A stretch of 64,000 nucleotides of DNA from Azolla caroliniana (GCA_043228905.1 JBHGNT010000011.1:19716001-19780000), one strand, 5' to 3'. Counted from the stretch's first letter, positions 25,401 through 42,999 are shown. Made by a program: numbers and translations. Notes: generated by a model not told the origin, from the sequence alone.

Positions 25401-28400
25401 TTTGCAGGAGAGATGCCAAGTTTGGAGAAGAAACGACGCCAAAAGATAATTAAAAAATCTTTGTTCTTCACCCTAGATATTCAATGTCAAGTTTGATGAA
25501 GGGGGAAAAAAACATTTTACGTGTTTCACAATTCATGGTGACGTTTCTTCCATTGGCAGTGTCTTTGATGAATGTGGAAAACTTAGTCATATAGTTAAGT
25601 GATTTCTTCATATGGCGGAATTTATAATTTGTTGTTTTTGCATCAATTGTAGAGAGCTAGTTTTTTCTTTGTCTTTGTAAGTTTTTCTGAGTGATCTTGT
25701 ATTTAATTAAATTATGTATGACCCCATAGGCTAATGAGGCTGTTTGCAAAGCTGATACTGAAGATGCACCACCTTTAAGCCCTCATATGAATCTATTTGG
25801 AACTCAAAAAATTGGTGCCTTGGGCCACATCCACTCATGGAAAGCTGTAAGTGAAAACAATGGGGCTTATACAGTATTCTAGTAAAAGAACTGAATTGAG
25901 TACAATTTGGTCACAGATGAGCTTTAATAATTTTCACAGGTAGCTGTTATTCAAATGCTAGAAAAGCAAATGGGACCTGAAGCATTTCGTAAAGTAAATT
26001 CCATACCCTTGCATAATAATTCCATATACTAATGATTTTACAAATTTTATTGTAATAGTCATCTCGGTTGTCAATAGATCTTGCAGAGGGTTGTGCTTAG
26101 AGCACAAGATCCTGTGCGTAATTCAAGAACACTGAGTACAAAGGAGGTAAGTTGATGACCCATAAAATCACTTATTAAAAGATTATTCCCCATAAAACCA
26201 CTTATAAGTTGATGTTTAGAAGATTATGACCCCATAACATCACTTCTTAAATGACTACTTTTAGTTTGCTTGCATTTGCTTCCATGGCCTTTCTGGTAAC
26301 ATGATTGGTTGGGGTTGGTTCTAGTTTCGTCATTTCGCAAATAGACTAGGAAATCTGGAGCGACCATTCCTCAAAGAATTCTTTCCCCGATGGGTGGAGT
26401 CCCCAGGCTCTCCGCTTTTACGGTAATTTCACTTATGGATTTCATCTTACCTTATTTATATGAGCTTTCTTCATATAATAGCTATTTGTTTCCAAGAGAC
26501 ATTATTTCTTCTTTCCATGTTGCTCTATATGTATTCATTTATCTGTCCAGCTTGCTGTTGTATTTGAGCTTCTGTTTTATAAAATAAGAACCGTAAATAA
26601 TATCTGCAATTGCCCAAGAAAACTGTAGAAAAATCAATCTGAACTGCTGTTTGACAAACATTAATGAGAGCTTTTAATATATTGTACCAGACCATCTTTG
26701 TGGAAGGGAATTTGTCTAGTTTTTTGTAGAAAAACATGTTTCTTGTAGAACATAACAAATAACTTGGGCGAGGCTGTTGAGCTATTGAATATGATTGGGG
26801 ACAAGGCTTTGGAAGTAACGTTGGTCATAGAGGGCCTGGTTAACAAAGAATAACTGTTTTATCGGAGAGAGCATTGTCTTTAAGAAGAACAAACCAAAAT
26901 GAGTACTACTAAATACATTGGTGAGAATGCTGCATTTTAATTCCTATAAGTAATGGATGCTGTGTACAAGGCTTATCTATATTGCAGTGAAAGATAGTTT
27001 CTGATGAAGGGAATGGTATTGACATTTCAGGACTTTTTCCGTTACAAATTTGTAAAATGTCCTCAAAGATGAGACAACATTTTACAGATGTAATATCTTG
27101 TTTGGTCTTAGGCAACTTTTGCATCTTAAAAGACATTAATATATCTCTTTCTTTCTTTCTATACATTCCTATAAAATTCACGCAAGTCTGACTATAAAAT
27201 TCATCCATGCAACTTGACAAAATAATTTATGTTTTTCTTGCTACGTAGGATGGGTTTTGAGTATAGCAAAAGGAGAAATGTCATTGAACTAGCTGTCCGA
27301 AGGGAGTGCACTGCATGTTGTGAGATGATTTTGCAGCCAAAAAGTGACACGATCTTTGAGCAAAGACGATCAACTGATATTGGCTGGCCTGGTATGATGA
27401 GCATTCGTATACATGAAACAGATGGTATGTATGATCATCCAATTTTGTCGATGGCTGGTGACACTTATCAGCTTCTTGAGATACAATGCCATTCCAAGCT
27501 TGTTGGCAAAAAAATCCAGCGCCCAAAGAAAGGTACTAAGGGGGATGTGGAGGATCTGGATACCTTTCCAGGAACAGATGCTCGTTTAAGGTAGTTTCTG
27601 CACATTCTCTTTAAATGATGTACAGTCAAGTCAATTTCATTTCTTTAGGACGTTTTGAAGTAGAGTTAGGATCACATTTAATGCTTGGTTTAATCTGACA
27701 TATTTTCTTTTCCAAAGTTTTTGCTTTTGAAACTGGATTAATATGTTGTGATGATATTCCTTAGCAGCATTGAGTCTCCTCTTTTATGGCTCCGTGCTGA
27801 TCCGCAAATGGAGTATCTGGCAGAGATTCATCTGCACCAGCCAGAGCAAATGTGGGTAAGGTTCTCTTGATGACAGATGTCTTGAGTAAATGTGAATGTG
27901 TTTTATGCTAAAGCACTATCTAAAAGCAGATAAACCAATTAGAGAAGGATAAGGATGTGGTTGCACAATCTCAAGCTATAGCCGCACTCACATCTATTCC
28001 TGAGATGTCATTTGGTGCAGCAAATGCACTTACTAATTGCTTGGTCGATTCTAAGGTGGACATCCTGCTATACTCTACTATATATTTGACTATTTATGTT
28101 TCACAATAGCCTTCCCATGCATGCAGGTTTTCTACAGAGTTAGAATAGAAGCGGCACATGCACTTGCAAGTGCTGCCAAAGAGGTTCGTTGAGCATCTTT
28201 CACTGGAGGATACTCTGCATTGAGTGATACGCACATGGTTGATGTTCCTGTGCTTCTGTCTGGATGTTGTCGAAACAATTCATAAGATTATAATGCATGT
28301 AATGTACCATAGAGAGGAGTCTTTAACTTAGTTAATTCTACATGGCAGTTAGTGGAACACAGTTGCATGTTTATTTATGATGACTATTTTAATTGGGACA

Positions 28401-31185
28401 AGCTTGATGCTGGTGCTCACATTTAGAACTGATATTTGACATGAAAATGGTCTGAGTATGAATTGGTGTTAACTGAAGCATGTCAATGTTCTTTTTAAAT
28501 GGGAATATTATACGGAAATCGATTGTATGAAGTAAGATCTTGTTATGTTTAGTCTACACACCAAGTTTTAATAAGACTCTGTGGTTGATGTAATTATGAT
28601 AATCAATATTTGGTAAGTAAAGAATTCCTATGGAGTTATGTGAAACTTTTTGAATTAATAGAAAAGTACAAGCATATTCTATTGCTCATTATCTCCAGTT
28701 CTTAGGAGCTACAAGCTAGAAAATTGATAAAACAGAAATAGTAAAGTGATGGTCTAGCCACATTGCTTAAGTATAGTTTTTTTATTAGTATGATCTGATA
28801 CAAGTCTGCTAAGTTTAGAACTAAGCAGCAAATCTTTCATCATAAATATTCCAGGTTTCTGATGGTTTTGGTTAGTAACTGCATGTTCCTTTCCTTGTAA
28901 ATCTATGTAACTTTCTTGCAACTTTCGTGTACTTGAATGACATTGTCTTTTGGCACTAAGTTTGTGGGGTGGTGTCTTGTCAGGTTAATGGAGGAACTCA
29001 TCTTTCTCGGATATTAGGATTTTACAAAGGTCATAGATATGATCCTGATATGGGCCTACCAAGGTACTGGTACAATCAGTTTATAGCCTTTCCTGACGTG
29101 TATTTACTTTGAATGACTTCTTGCTTTTTTGCAGGCCAAATGATTTCCATGATTTTTCAGATTATTTTGTTCTACAGGTAAGAATGAAAAATGGAATCGC
29201 ATATATGATCTAGTGAAGTCTATCATTGTCAGTCATATTATTGTATTTTTACCAGGCCATACCTGATGCTATTTCGAGTATGAGAGGACCTGATGGTAGG
29301 AGCCCTCCTGAGGTTGTTGAGTTTATCCTTCAACTTCTTAAGGTAGACTATTTTATTTGACTCCCGGGCTTATATATTGTATGTGTTTAGGATTTATTTT
29401 TTCGTATTAGTAACACACAATTCTCCTGGGTAAACTGTAGCACAATGATAATAGTGGCAATCAGTATTCAGATGTTTTTTGGCTTTCTTCCATCATAAGA
29501 TCTATTGGAAAGCTAGAGTTTGGACAGCAGGTATTTTTGCTTGCCTAGATTGATTATCGTTGTTGCTTTATTCAATATTTCTTATCTTGAAATTTGACTG
29601 AAGTTAATGGTAAGTGGAGTGCAGAATTCTTGATATAGAGTAGAAGCTCGTTTCATTTTTAGATTCACAAGTAAATGGTATCATTTTGAGGTGGTGTGAT
29701 GGTGGAGAGGATATTACCTTTGTTTTGATTGTTTGATTGTGATTATCCTAATCTGGTGTTTCCTTGTGTATTGGAGAAATGTCTAGAAGACCTTATAAAC
29801 AGTTAGTATGTTTCTAATTTCATAATTGACCATGATTTTTTACTTTGTTAGCAGTTATTTTCCTATTTTGCTATAAATATGTAATTTATTTCCTTCTCTT
29901 CAGAATCTTGATGCATTGTCACGAATGCTGAAGCGCATTGACAGATTCTTGCAATCGGATAGGTACATTTTCATTTAAGCAGATCTTTATTACACTTTCA
30001 TTTCTTTTTAGTTTTTTTCCCCTCATAAGTAATGTTGCTATCATGGTCCATCTCTAAGAAAATGAAGTTTTGATGTAGCAAACATTTATTACTCTTTTTG
30101 TGTATAAGAAAATGAAGTTGGTAAAGTTGTTGAGCAAAGACAAAAGTCATGCACAGCCTAGGAAAAAAAAGCTATATTAGCTTTTAAGAGGCCAAAATGG
30201 CCTATGAAATTGGATTAGAGATTAGATCTTAAAATGTTGTCTTGTCTTAAAGAACAAAAAATAAATATATGTACCTCGATTTGTAAAACTGTCTATGGTA
30301 CCAAATATTCTTGTTAGCTAAGCATTGAACATTGTAAGCTTAGATGGATCAAGAGATCTTAAAATGTTGTCTGATCTTAAAGAGCAACAAATAACTGATT
30401 GTATCTTGGGTTCACTCAATTTTATGGCTTTGATGATAGTGTAAACCATCAGGCCAAAGGCTAGAATATGAGACCAAATTTCGACCTATGGGACCAAAAC
30501 AACATATCATTTGTATGTGACTCCTTCCTAAGTAGGGAGGGTACTGCTCTGTAGTAAAAACTCTTGATGTGGAAATAATGCATGCACATCTGTGCTCAGC
30601 CTTCTTGGTGGAAATTTGAGTATGATACTCACATTATCATGCCCGTCTAACAAGTCCTATTTCTCATGAATTACCTTAATACTTTGTATATCTTCATATT
30701 TGGCTAATGATTTCATGATGGTATGTCAACACGTAACTTGTGTGAGCGAGTTCGAAGAAGTGGTAAGCCACTTTGAGAGCTAAGGCTCATGGGGGTAGTG
30801 AGATGTGATTGGGTACTTTCTGGCATTTTTTCCTTTTATTGGGGCCGAATTGGGGCTAAGTATTTTCAATGTAATATTCTATTTTTGTCGTTAGCATATT
30901 GCCATTTCATCCTCAATGCCTCTAATAATCTATCCTCAATGGTCACATACTTGATAGCATCAATTGAGAGCTCCAATAGGTCTTTTGCTTCCCATCTCTT
31001 AAACCTTTTCATAATGTCACCCAGCCACATGAGAGGATTTTTCTCATATTAGTTTTTTGTGCCTTGCATCCTATGTTCAGAGCTTGTTTGGGCTGTGTAT
31101 GATCAGAATTATTCTTGATTTTTGTGATATACTTGTTTGGGCCATGCACCTTTTTCTAATAGCATGATAGGATAGAATGTCTAGG

Positions 31186-31241
<56 letters not shown>

Positions 31242-33075
31242 TCTTTGATTTCAGGATAATGCCAAGTTACAACTATTTACTAACAATTAGCTGCATTCAG
31301 ACACTTACAAAGTTAGCTTTAAGGTTTTCAGCGTTGGTGCCTATGGTTGGTTCCAGAAGGCCATGCCTTTGTTTATTTTTACTTATACATCCTCGTATTA
31401 TAAATTAGTTAGCATTTTTGTTGTAGGACAAATTGGAGACAATATTGGCTCCATTTAAGGATTCAAGATTGATGCCTGTAAAAGTGAGAGCTGCTGTTTT
31501 ACAAGCTCTATTGGAACTGAGAGTACATTTAGAAGGGTTGGATGCAGGAATCAATCTAGCATTGGAACTTATTGAGACAGATTTGTCTTTTAGAGGTACA
31601 AATAGCATGTGTACTTTTCCACCGTTGATTCTTAAATCTATGCAGTGCAAACCAAACTTTTCGGAATGTTATATCTCATTTCGCATACATATTAAATCTA
31701 TGCAGTGCAAACCAAACTTTTCGCATACATATTAAATGTAGCAATCTTGATGGGAGATGCAACACAGTCGGTTGAAATGAGTACTCTCTCACAGCTGTTG
31801 CTAGTTCTACAGAGTCGAAAAGCTTTCAATAATACAACTATGCGGCATTACATTTTCTGTATATTACAAGTTCTTGGTGGACGGTAAGTTTGTTTTTATT
31901 GACCGAAGTGTATCTGAACACATCTCATTCTTGCTCATATTTCCTAGAAGAACATTACTTGCAAGACATTTTACATAGATCGTGTTATTGTTCTGCAAGA
32001 ATAATTTATGCACACCAATGAATCCATAGACTGTGGTTGAAAATGATACTGGTGGTTTCTCCAGCTGTTGTGCTTTATGTAAAATTTCTTTGCTTTCAGG
32101 CCAGGTACATTGTTTCGAGTAGGAAGGCTGGATGCTATTCGTAAAGCTGTGGAAGATGTGCCTCAAGAGGTAGCTCCAATGCAGACAATTGTAATACCAG
32201 AAGTTAAAGTCAGCACCAGTACCATAAAAGTACGCCTTCAACAGCCGCCACCAGAAACTCCAGTAGAACCTGTATGTCTTGATCTGGTTCTCAATTCTTC
32301 CATTTGTGTAAATTAAATGTCCTAAAGCTTCAGTATGGTAACTTTGTGTTTCATTTATAAGTTCAGATGTTTCATTTTGTTGCTCTTGGGTTTGTTTGTA
32401 AGGTTTATAAAATATAGATGAAATCATTTCATTACTTTGTGCAAATGCTGGGTAGCACTATCTTTACTTCTGCAATGATTGGTCATGGAATCAAAGGAAC
32501 AGTTCTGTTTGCCGTTATTTCATTTGAAGATGAAAGAATTGATCTCAATGCTAAACAACGACTTCACCTATATGCAGAAGGTGGTGCAACTAGACAAATA
32601 CAATGATCCTGAATATCGAGAGAAAAAGAGGCTGAAAAAAGAGAAGAGAAGAGAGCAGCACCAGCAACTGATGCAGCAGCAGGAGTTGATGCAGCAACAA
32701 CCACCTGAGATGAAGCAAGAACCAGAGATGCATGAAGAAGAGACAGAAAAACCTTTAGAACCGGACAGAGCTAAAGTGCCTGCTGCAGATTCTTTACAAG
32801 CAAAGCCTGCCACAAGTGGCTCTGAGAAAGCAGTTGTTCGGTTAAAAATTAAGCGAATGCCTCAACCACAACATGAGCCAATGCAGGAACCCCAGCTATC
32901 ACAACCACAACCAGCTCCAGCACCTCACCGAGTAGAATCTGATATGTATGATGAGAGTGATAAGAATGTAGAACATGAGCCAGTAGTTAAAGCTGGTGGT
33001 GTTGATTTTTTGCAACCTCGGCCTCCTACAAGTGCTCTTGACAAAGTTGTCCGCTTAAAGATTAAGCGAATGTAA
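16462..33075 (+). CDS. TAF2: Transcription initiation factor TFIID subunit 2, about 26 exons
   Basis: Spliced by hand at GT-AG sites: exon 1 16462-16607 ([11 protein letters not shown]), exon 2 21095-21518 (YAELKV...IGLHAQDL), 21596-21741 ([10 protein letters not shown]), then [99 protein letters not shown]; last exon ~32578-33075. These motifs are typical of plant TAF2 (aminopeptidase-like fold). Confidence 0.95.
16850..17620 (-). mobile_element. Old copia gag remnant in TAF2 intron 1
   Basis: Minus-strand translation at ~17230-17290 gives [18 protein letters not shown], a copia gag (UBN2-type) motif; boundaries approximate. Confidence 0.5.
18420..18800 (+). mobile_element. Decayed LINE 3' fragment in TAF2 intron 1
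   Basis: ttagagattgagataggaagatat gives LEIEIGRY, like the motif preceding the C-terminal CCHC finger of LINE ORF2 (compare LGIEVASW at ~43580). Confidence 0.35.
18916..20552 (-). mobile_element. Internally deleted ~1.6-kb copia element in TAF2 intron 1
   Basis: Diverged direct repeats ~18916-19167 and ~20302-20552; Met-type PBS (gctctaatacca, 20290-20301); remnants of zinc knuckle, protease (WIVDNG), WHARFGHLN and RNase H (ELLWLRKIL); most of INT and RT missing. Confidence 0.85.
21900..22252. repeat. About 3 diverged tandem copies of a 120-bp unit in TAF2 intron 4
   Basis: atctgaagct(t/c)atttcatgatcataga at 22021 and 22141; cttattgtt at ~22003, ~22123 and ~22243. Confidence 0.85.
31187..31234. 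repeat. Compound (TG)n(AG)n intronic microsatellite
   Basis: Directly visible. Confidence 0.95.
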
Positions 33076-34782
33076 AAGAAAGTCAAATTGATGACAACAT
33101 TGTACAACTAGTTTTTTGTGTAAATTGAAGCTTGTAAAGATGGCATGTGATCCCAGTTTTTTGTATATACTGATCTATAGGTGAAGCCCATGGCAAGAAT
33201 ATGATGCCTCGATGACCATGTGCAGATGTGCTCACCCTCTTCTTGGTGGAGATTCGTGTATGACACCTCAATGACCATGCTTGTCTAACATTAAAGTCCC
33301 ACGAATTTAGTTACATGTTGATCATACGAGAAGTATGGGATTGATATTCATCCTCCACCCTATTTTTATTGCAAACCTTGTATATCTTTATACTTCGGTT
33401 GTCGTGAGGGCACTCTAAGATCCGAGGCTTATGGAGGTAAAAAGATGTGGTTTGCATCCACTCTGTAAAGCAAACAACGTTGAATAGCATCAATCTTTGC
33501 ATTGATTCTCAAATGTGTAATCATTATTCCAATGATCTTGAGGTTTAGATTCATAGCATACATTCCACATATTTGTTGATGAGACATTAATGCCAGGATA
33601 ATTTGAGCTTTGCACCACTTGTATTGGTTCTCCCTTCTATGTAAAAGTGAGATATCGTTTGCTTGGTTGTATTGCCTCTATCACTATAATTTCTGTTTCG
33701 TCCACAATTAGCCCATTGATTTGACAAATGTTTCATGAGAATATCACAACACCATTGGCATATAGGAGTATAAAAGTAACATATTTGAGTTTTCATTGAT
33801 CATCCTTCCTTTTTTGTAGCCTTGTTGAGTATTTGTTCTAGTTGATTGATTCCTGGACTAAATAGTGTGTGAGAGAAAAATACCAATCATAGTTGCACAA
33901 GCGAATGAGCTACATTACATTATTAATTAGGCTATGATTAGCATTCCATTAGACATCAAGAAAACAAAATCAAACCAATATGAATCAATGATGCTACTTG
34001 CACAAGTAAGTTTCATAATCATGTCTCAATACCTCTTAAATATTTATCTTCAAATGTAGTGTCACAACTGAACTAGTAGTTATGACAACATAAAAATCAT
34101 GTGTATGATTGATTAACCTTCAAGATGTATGTGCCCAAAATTCTAGCTATGGGAAAGGGAGCTCACATGTGGCATATCTCCATTTTTAAGTTGTACAACA
34201 ATATTGATGACCAGGGAGATGCCACTTGATTGAAGTACCATTCCAAACCATTTGATTGAACAAGAGCTTGGAACTATGCTCAGGTTTTTTTGTGAAACCC
34301 CAATATTTTGAAGAGATAGGATGATATTTGGAAAGGTTGGGGGATATGTCAAATAGTTACTTGCAAATCCACCTTTTTATGGGAATAATCTTAGAGAGAT
34401 ATGGAGAGATTTTTTAGTGCAAACTAGAAAGATCGTTTGTGAAATAGAGCTTCTCTATATGGACAAAAGATATCAAATTGCTAAATCGTTACTTTTGCAA
34501 CACTTGCAAAAAGATGGGGATGCCTATGTTATGAATTGTGGAGAATTGTGACACCTAAAGCTTGGTAAAATGTATGCATGGCATGGGACCTAAATTAGCA
34601 CTCATAATAATGACCCATACAAATCCGTTTGAGGCAAATGGCTCACCTTATTAAAGCAACGCATACATCTCAATATTGTTAGTAACATTAGGATTTCCAA
34701 GGTTACAATACTATTCTCCTTGGGTGAATGATGCAAATTGAGAAAGTTATCGTTCCAAAATTATTGTCCCGAAAAAATGCAA

Positions 34783-34960
34783 TATAATCATATGATAGGT
34801 TTGATTTGGGGGAAATTAGATAATGAAATCATATATTCCAAATAATGCACCACACTTTCCTAGCAAATTAATAGTATAATCATGATAGGTTTGATTTGGG
34901 GAAATTTAGATAATGAAATCATATATTTTAAATAATGCACCACACTCTCCTAACAAATTA
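34783..34960. repeat. Tandem duplication of a ~90-bp unit
   Basis: tataatcat(at)gataggtttgatttgggg...aataatgcaccacact occurs twice. Confidence 0.85.
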
Positions 34961-35321
34961 GAAGGCACACTTGTCTTCTCAAAATTGCTATGCCCATAGG
35001 CTTGCCATTTAATCCAATATCGACGAAGAGAGGGATTCAAACCCTCGTGCATAAATTCTTTTCAATGGAGCAAAACAAATTTCTTACCCCTTAGCTACAA
35101 TGAAACATGTAATTAGACTTACCAATGGGGTGCTCTAGGAATTTACCTTGGAAGCCATTGAATCAAATATAAATTTAATGTTAACAAACAAATTCCCAAT
35201 TTATTCCTCCCAACACCAAATTTTGTCTTCATGTATGTTTATTTAATTTGACTAAGATATAATTTCAAGCTTATCAATATTAGTAATGTTCAAAATACAC
35301 CTTTTGTTGGTTGGAAAGCTG

Positions 35322-35620
35322 AATACCCATTGACTCAAATTTGATCTCTCAAAAGGTTTTATGGAACCCCAAAAATCCGCGCAGGGTGCTTTGGTTTTCC
35401 TTACAAAAGAAGAATGGGAAGACATGTTGGTGCAAGTTGTTTTTTATAGAGGCCTCAACTAAATAATAAATATCCATTAGCAAGAATGCCCATTGACTTA
35501 AATTTGATATCTCAAAATGTTTTATGGAACCCAAAAAATCTATGTGGGGTGCTTTGGTTTTCCTTACAAAAGAAGAATGAGAAGACATGTTGGTGCAAGT
35601 TGTTTTTTTATAGAGGCCTC
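35322..35620. repeat. Tandem duplication of a ~160-bp unit
   Basis: cccattgact.aaatttgat...tttatggaaccc...ttggttttccttacaaaagaagaatg occurs at ~35326 and ~35489. Confidence 0.85.
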
Positions 35621-36359
35621 CATCTTGCTACTATAAAGAATAAATATCCATTAGCTAGATGGACGAACTTTGACATCAACTCAAAGGCGCATCTTTTAAT
35701 AGCTAGATCGACCTAAGGTCCATTACCGCCGCTATATGCAGATAACTCTTGAGGATGAGCATGTGTTGACCATAATATGCACATTACCTATTTTTTATTT
35801 TATCGTTCTATGTATACTTATTCATTGTAAATAAGATCCCCAAACGTCTTATGCATCTTCATCTTGCCGCTTGTGTCATAAAGCGAGAAAGATCGGTTGG
35901 AATGTTACGTAATTTGGATTTGATATTTTCTTATTTCTTCTTTTTATTATTGTAAATTAGATCCCAAAGCATCTTATGCATCTTCATGTAGTCTCTTGTG
36001 TCATAACACAAGAACGATAAGATGCACGGACGATGCGAGCGCATGATTGTTTTCTCTCACTATGTGTGGGCCACATTGTTTCGGCCCATGATGTTGAAGT
36101 TGAGTTAGATATCATAAATATGGTAACTGAATGGGCCATTTTTGGTAAACTCACGAAAGGTGGCAACTGCGGCATGGGGTGGAGCCCATCCCCCTGGGGC
36201 AGAGGACGGAGTAGAGAAGGCAAGGCCTCGGGAGGGGACAAACACACACACACAACCCCACTTGTGAGCAAACCTGGGCCTATCCAACCCAAGATTGGGC
36301 AAGCAAGCAACCAAGCTTGCTCCGTGGATAAACAACCAAGAGAAAAACCAACCTTGCTA

Positions 36360-36424
36360 GTGTATGTGCATGTGGTATGTGAATGTGAATGTGAATGTGT
36401 ATGTGTATGTATGTGCATGTGGTA

Positions 36425-36503
<79 letters not shown>

Positions 36504-36552
36504 GCGTATGTGGTATGTGGTATGTGTATGCGTATGTGTATGCGTATGTGTG
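36360..36552. repeat. (TGTGTA)n-type microsatellite upstream of the poly(A) polymerase gene
   Basis: Hexamer array with degenerate edges. Confidence 0.95.
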
Positions 36553-36906
36553 AAGACACAGAGCTTTCCGACAGAAAGCAGCAGAGGCAGAAAAAACAAA
36601 ACAGCAAAGAAAACCCTTCTGCAGCATTCCCTCCCTGTGTCTTCTTCTTCTTCTTCTTCTTCTGTCGCTATCCCTCCGCAAACCCTACATTTCGTTTCCG
36701 CTCCTGCCGTCTCCAAACCGCGCGCACCTTCCAGGTTGGATCCATTCCCTTTTATGTTTTTCTTTTTTTTGGGTTTTCTCATCGCTTTCTTTAATCAATG
36801 ATCAAAGCGTTCCTGTCCGTCTCTCTCTGTACTCCGAGCCTTATTTTCGTCTGACCTAGAACTTACTGTAGAAGCTTTCTTGTTGCCATTCATCAGGTAC
36901 GCCGAT

Positions 36907-40616
<3,710 letters not shown>

Positions 40617-42296
40617 GTGTGCAGAAGTCTGTACTTCCAACTTAACGTGATTTTAAATTTGTTTGTACTTCTGTGCAGTTTGCAGTATTGAGTTTTTTGG
40701 AATTGATTGGAATCCCATGGTTCCGGTCAAATTTGCTTTTTTTTTCCTTTGGTTTCTTGTTGATTAACTCTACAGTGAGGCTGCATGCTATTGAATCTGA
40801 TGCAAAAATTGGTATTGGCAATGAAAATGTAGTGGGCAGGTGAGCTGAAAAGTATTTTCTAATTGCATTCTAGTAGTTTGGTATGTCATTCCGTACCAAA
40901 CATTTTGATTCCTGGCAGGCTGTAGATGAAAACTGCAGCTTCAACCAAGGTGGCCACGATATGTGTACATGATTTCAGGTATTTTTGGGCATTTGAGGTC
41001 AGCCCCAAAGTTCTGAGAAATACTGTAAGTGTCTACATTTTTTGTCCTGATCTTGTTTCGGAAAGGCCGTGTTCTGGGAAGTTTTTGTGCAGATACACTA
41101 TTATTTCGTAGCAACAAACCTCTGGATCAATTACCAGAAACACAGAATTGGTAACTCTTTTATGTGTTTTTGCCATGATGAATTCACAAGGAATTGAATC
41201 ATTATATCAGCAAATAGGCTTATCTATTATTCTCTTCAAGGGGCTTACTGATTCTCAAGAGAGGGAAATGAGTTATACGATATTTTTGTTGCTATGACTT
41301 CTGGAACTGCTACAGTGGAGTAAAGCCACTTCTAAGATTGACTAAGTTGGTCTTGCCAAGGATGGCAATACTTGTATCGTGCAACACTTGTAATATAAAT
41401 TTGTATAGTTGGCTGCTGTTTTCTTGAACCTGTTAACTCTATTAAATGCTTGTGAATAGGTTGATTTCCGTATGTTATTTTCCTTTGCTCATCTAGGTAT
41501 TTTCCTTTTCACAAAGGCGTTCAAACATTCGTGTTTGTGTGTAAACCTTCTTGTTGTGCGTTCATGCGTTTTGTGACTCGGGCTTGCCAATGCACCTCTC
41601 CTTTTCACAAAGGCGTTCGAACATTCGTTCTTGGTATTTCCTTTGCCCACCTAGGTATGATCACGATGATACTATCAATCTGAGCCATCAGAGAAGAATT
41701 CTTTATGCTTTATTTTTGCTGTCAGAATCTCAAGGAAGGTTGGTTCTTATTGTTGCATGGGAATTTTTCTTGTGAGTATTTGATTGTGCTTTTTTTCTGA
41801 GGTTCAAAAAATAACAAGTGTATTTGACTTCTAGCATGGGATAATGAGATGTATTTTTGTGAATAAAGTTGCCTAACCATCAAAAAAGTGTTAATGAGTC
41901 TTTACTGATGACACATGTACCAACAAATACTTGCCAAAATTTAAGTTCAGTGACATGTCAAATTTAGGTTTGGACATACAATTTCTGCAAAAAGAAGGCT
42001 GATATGTAAGTATTTGAGAAGCAATTTTATATGCAAAGTTGCAAACCTTTATTTACTCCAGTAGAAACCAGTTTAAAATTATGCATAATACAGGAGAATC
42101 TTTTGATAAAGAGTTCAATATGGTATCTAGAATGGCTTCTATCCATTAAGAAATTACCTAGGTCAGAAATTTAATGAAAAGGCGAGATGCTAAACCATCG
42201 TGATTTAAGAAGAATCCTGAGATCCTCAAGGGTGCATAATGTTTTGCATTCTATCTTAGGGAGGATCATGAAGGCTCATTTGCAGTGAATGGATGT

Positions 42297-42565
42297 GATT
42301 CAAGACAAGTGAACAAATGGTCACCATTTCTTTCTAGGAAATTCATGTGTTCCATTGCTTAGCCAGAGACACAAAATCAATGGTGTCTGTCTATAGGTAA
42401 AGCAAGTGAATGGTAATTTTCATTTAGATTTTGTCAGAGAATGATTCAAGACAAGTGAAGAAACGGTTATTGTTTTGGTCTAGGAAATTCATGTGTTTCA
42501 TTGCTTAGCAAGAGCAAAATTTGTAGTGTCCACATCTATAGATAAAGCAAGTATATGGCAATTTC
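42297..42565. repeat. ~146-bp tandem duplication
   Basis: gattcaagacaagtgaa...tctaggaaattcatgtgtt.cattgcttagc at ~42297 and ~42443. Confidence 0.8.
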
Positions 42566-42999
42566 ATGTCTATGATAGATTATGTATGGATATGAGGAAT
42601 TTTGGATGATTATCATGAATATCATTAGTCACCTACGCAAGATTATTAGAAATTCAAGGAATCCATTTTTCCTTGGACATTCTAAGGTTTCTAAAGATGT
42701 CTTTGGATTACTTCCAAATCTTGGATGATTTGCTATCGTATTTTGATTTTAGTTTATGGTATTACTATGGGATGATTTTATGAAATTATGTATTAGTGCC
42801 ACTCGTGAACCCCCTTTATTACTAAGTTGGATAAAGTTATTCGCATAGATTAGAAGGGATACTTCCTTGATTACAGAAGTTGAGTGAATTGTAGTTGTTG
42901 TAAAGATTGGTTTAGGGGAAACAATTATTCTTTAGAGGTAGTTGAGTATCTTGTGGATAAATTGCAATGGGTGTCAATTTCTAACGGTAATCAATATAG

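Noticed and set aside
34140-34560. Coding-like purine-rich stretch between TAF2 and PAP
   Set aside because: Multiple stops and no motif I can recognise; cannot be assigned without a database search.
35020-35100. tRNA-like fragment on the minus strand (tgtagctaaggggtaag...gagggtttgaatccctc)
   Set aside because: Too degenerate to fold or assign; at most an old tRNA pseudogene or SINE remnant.
35984-36801. Long ORFs with VY/HT/MC/HI dipeptide runs
   Set aside because: Artefacts of the (TGTGTA)n microsatellite.
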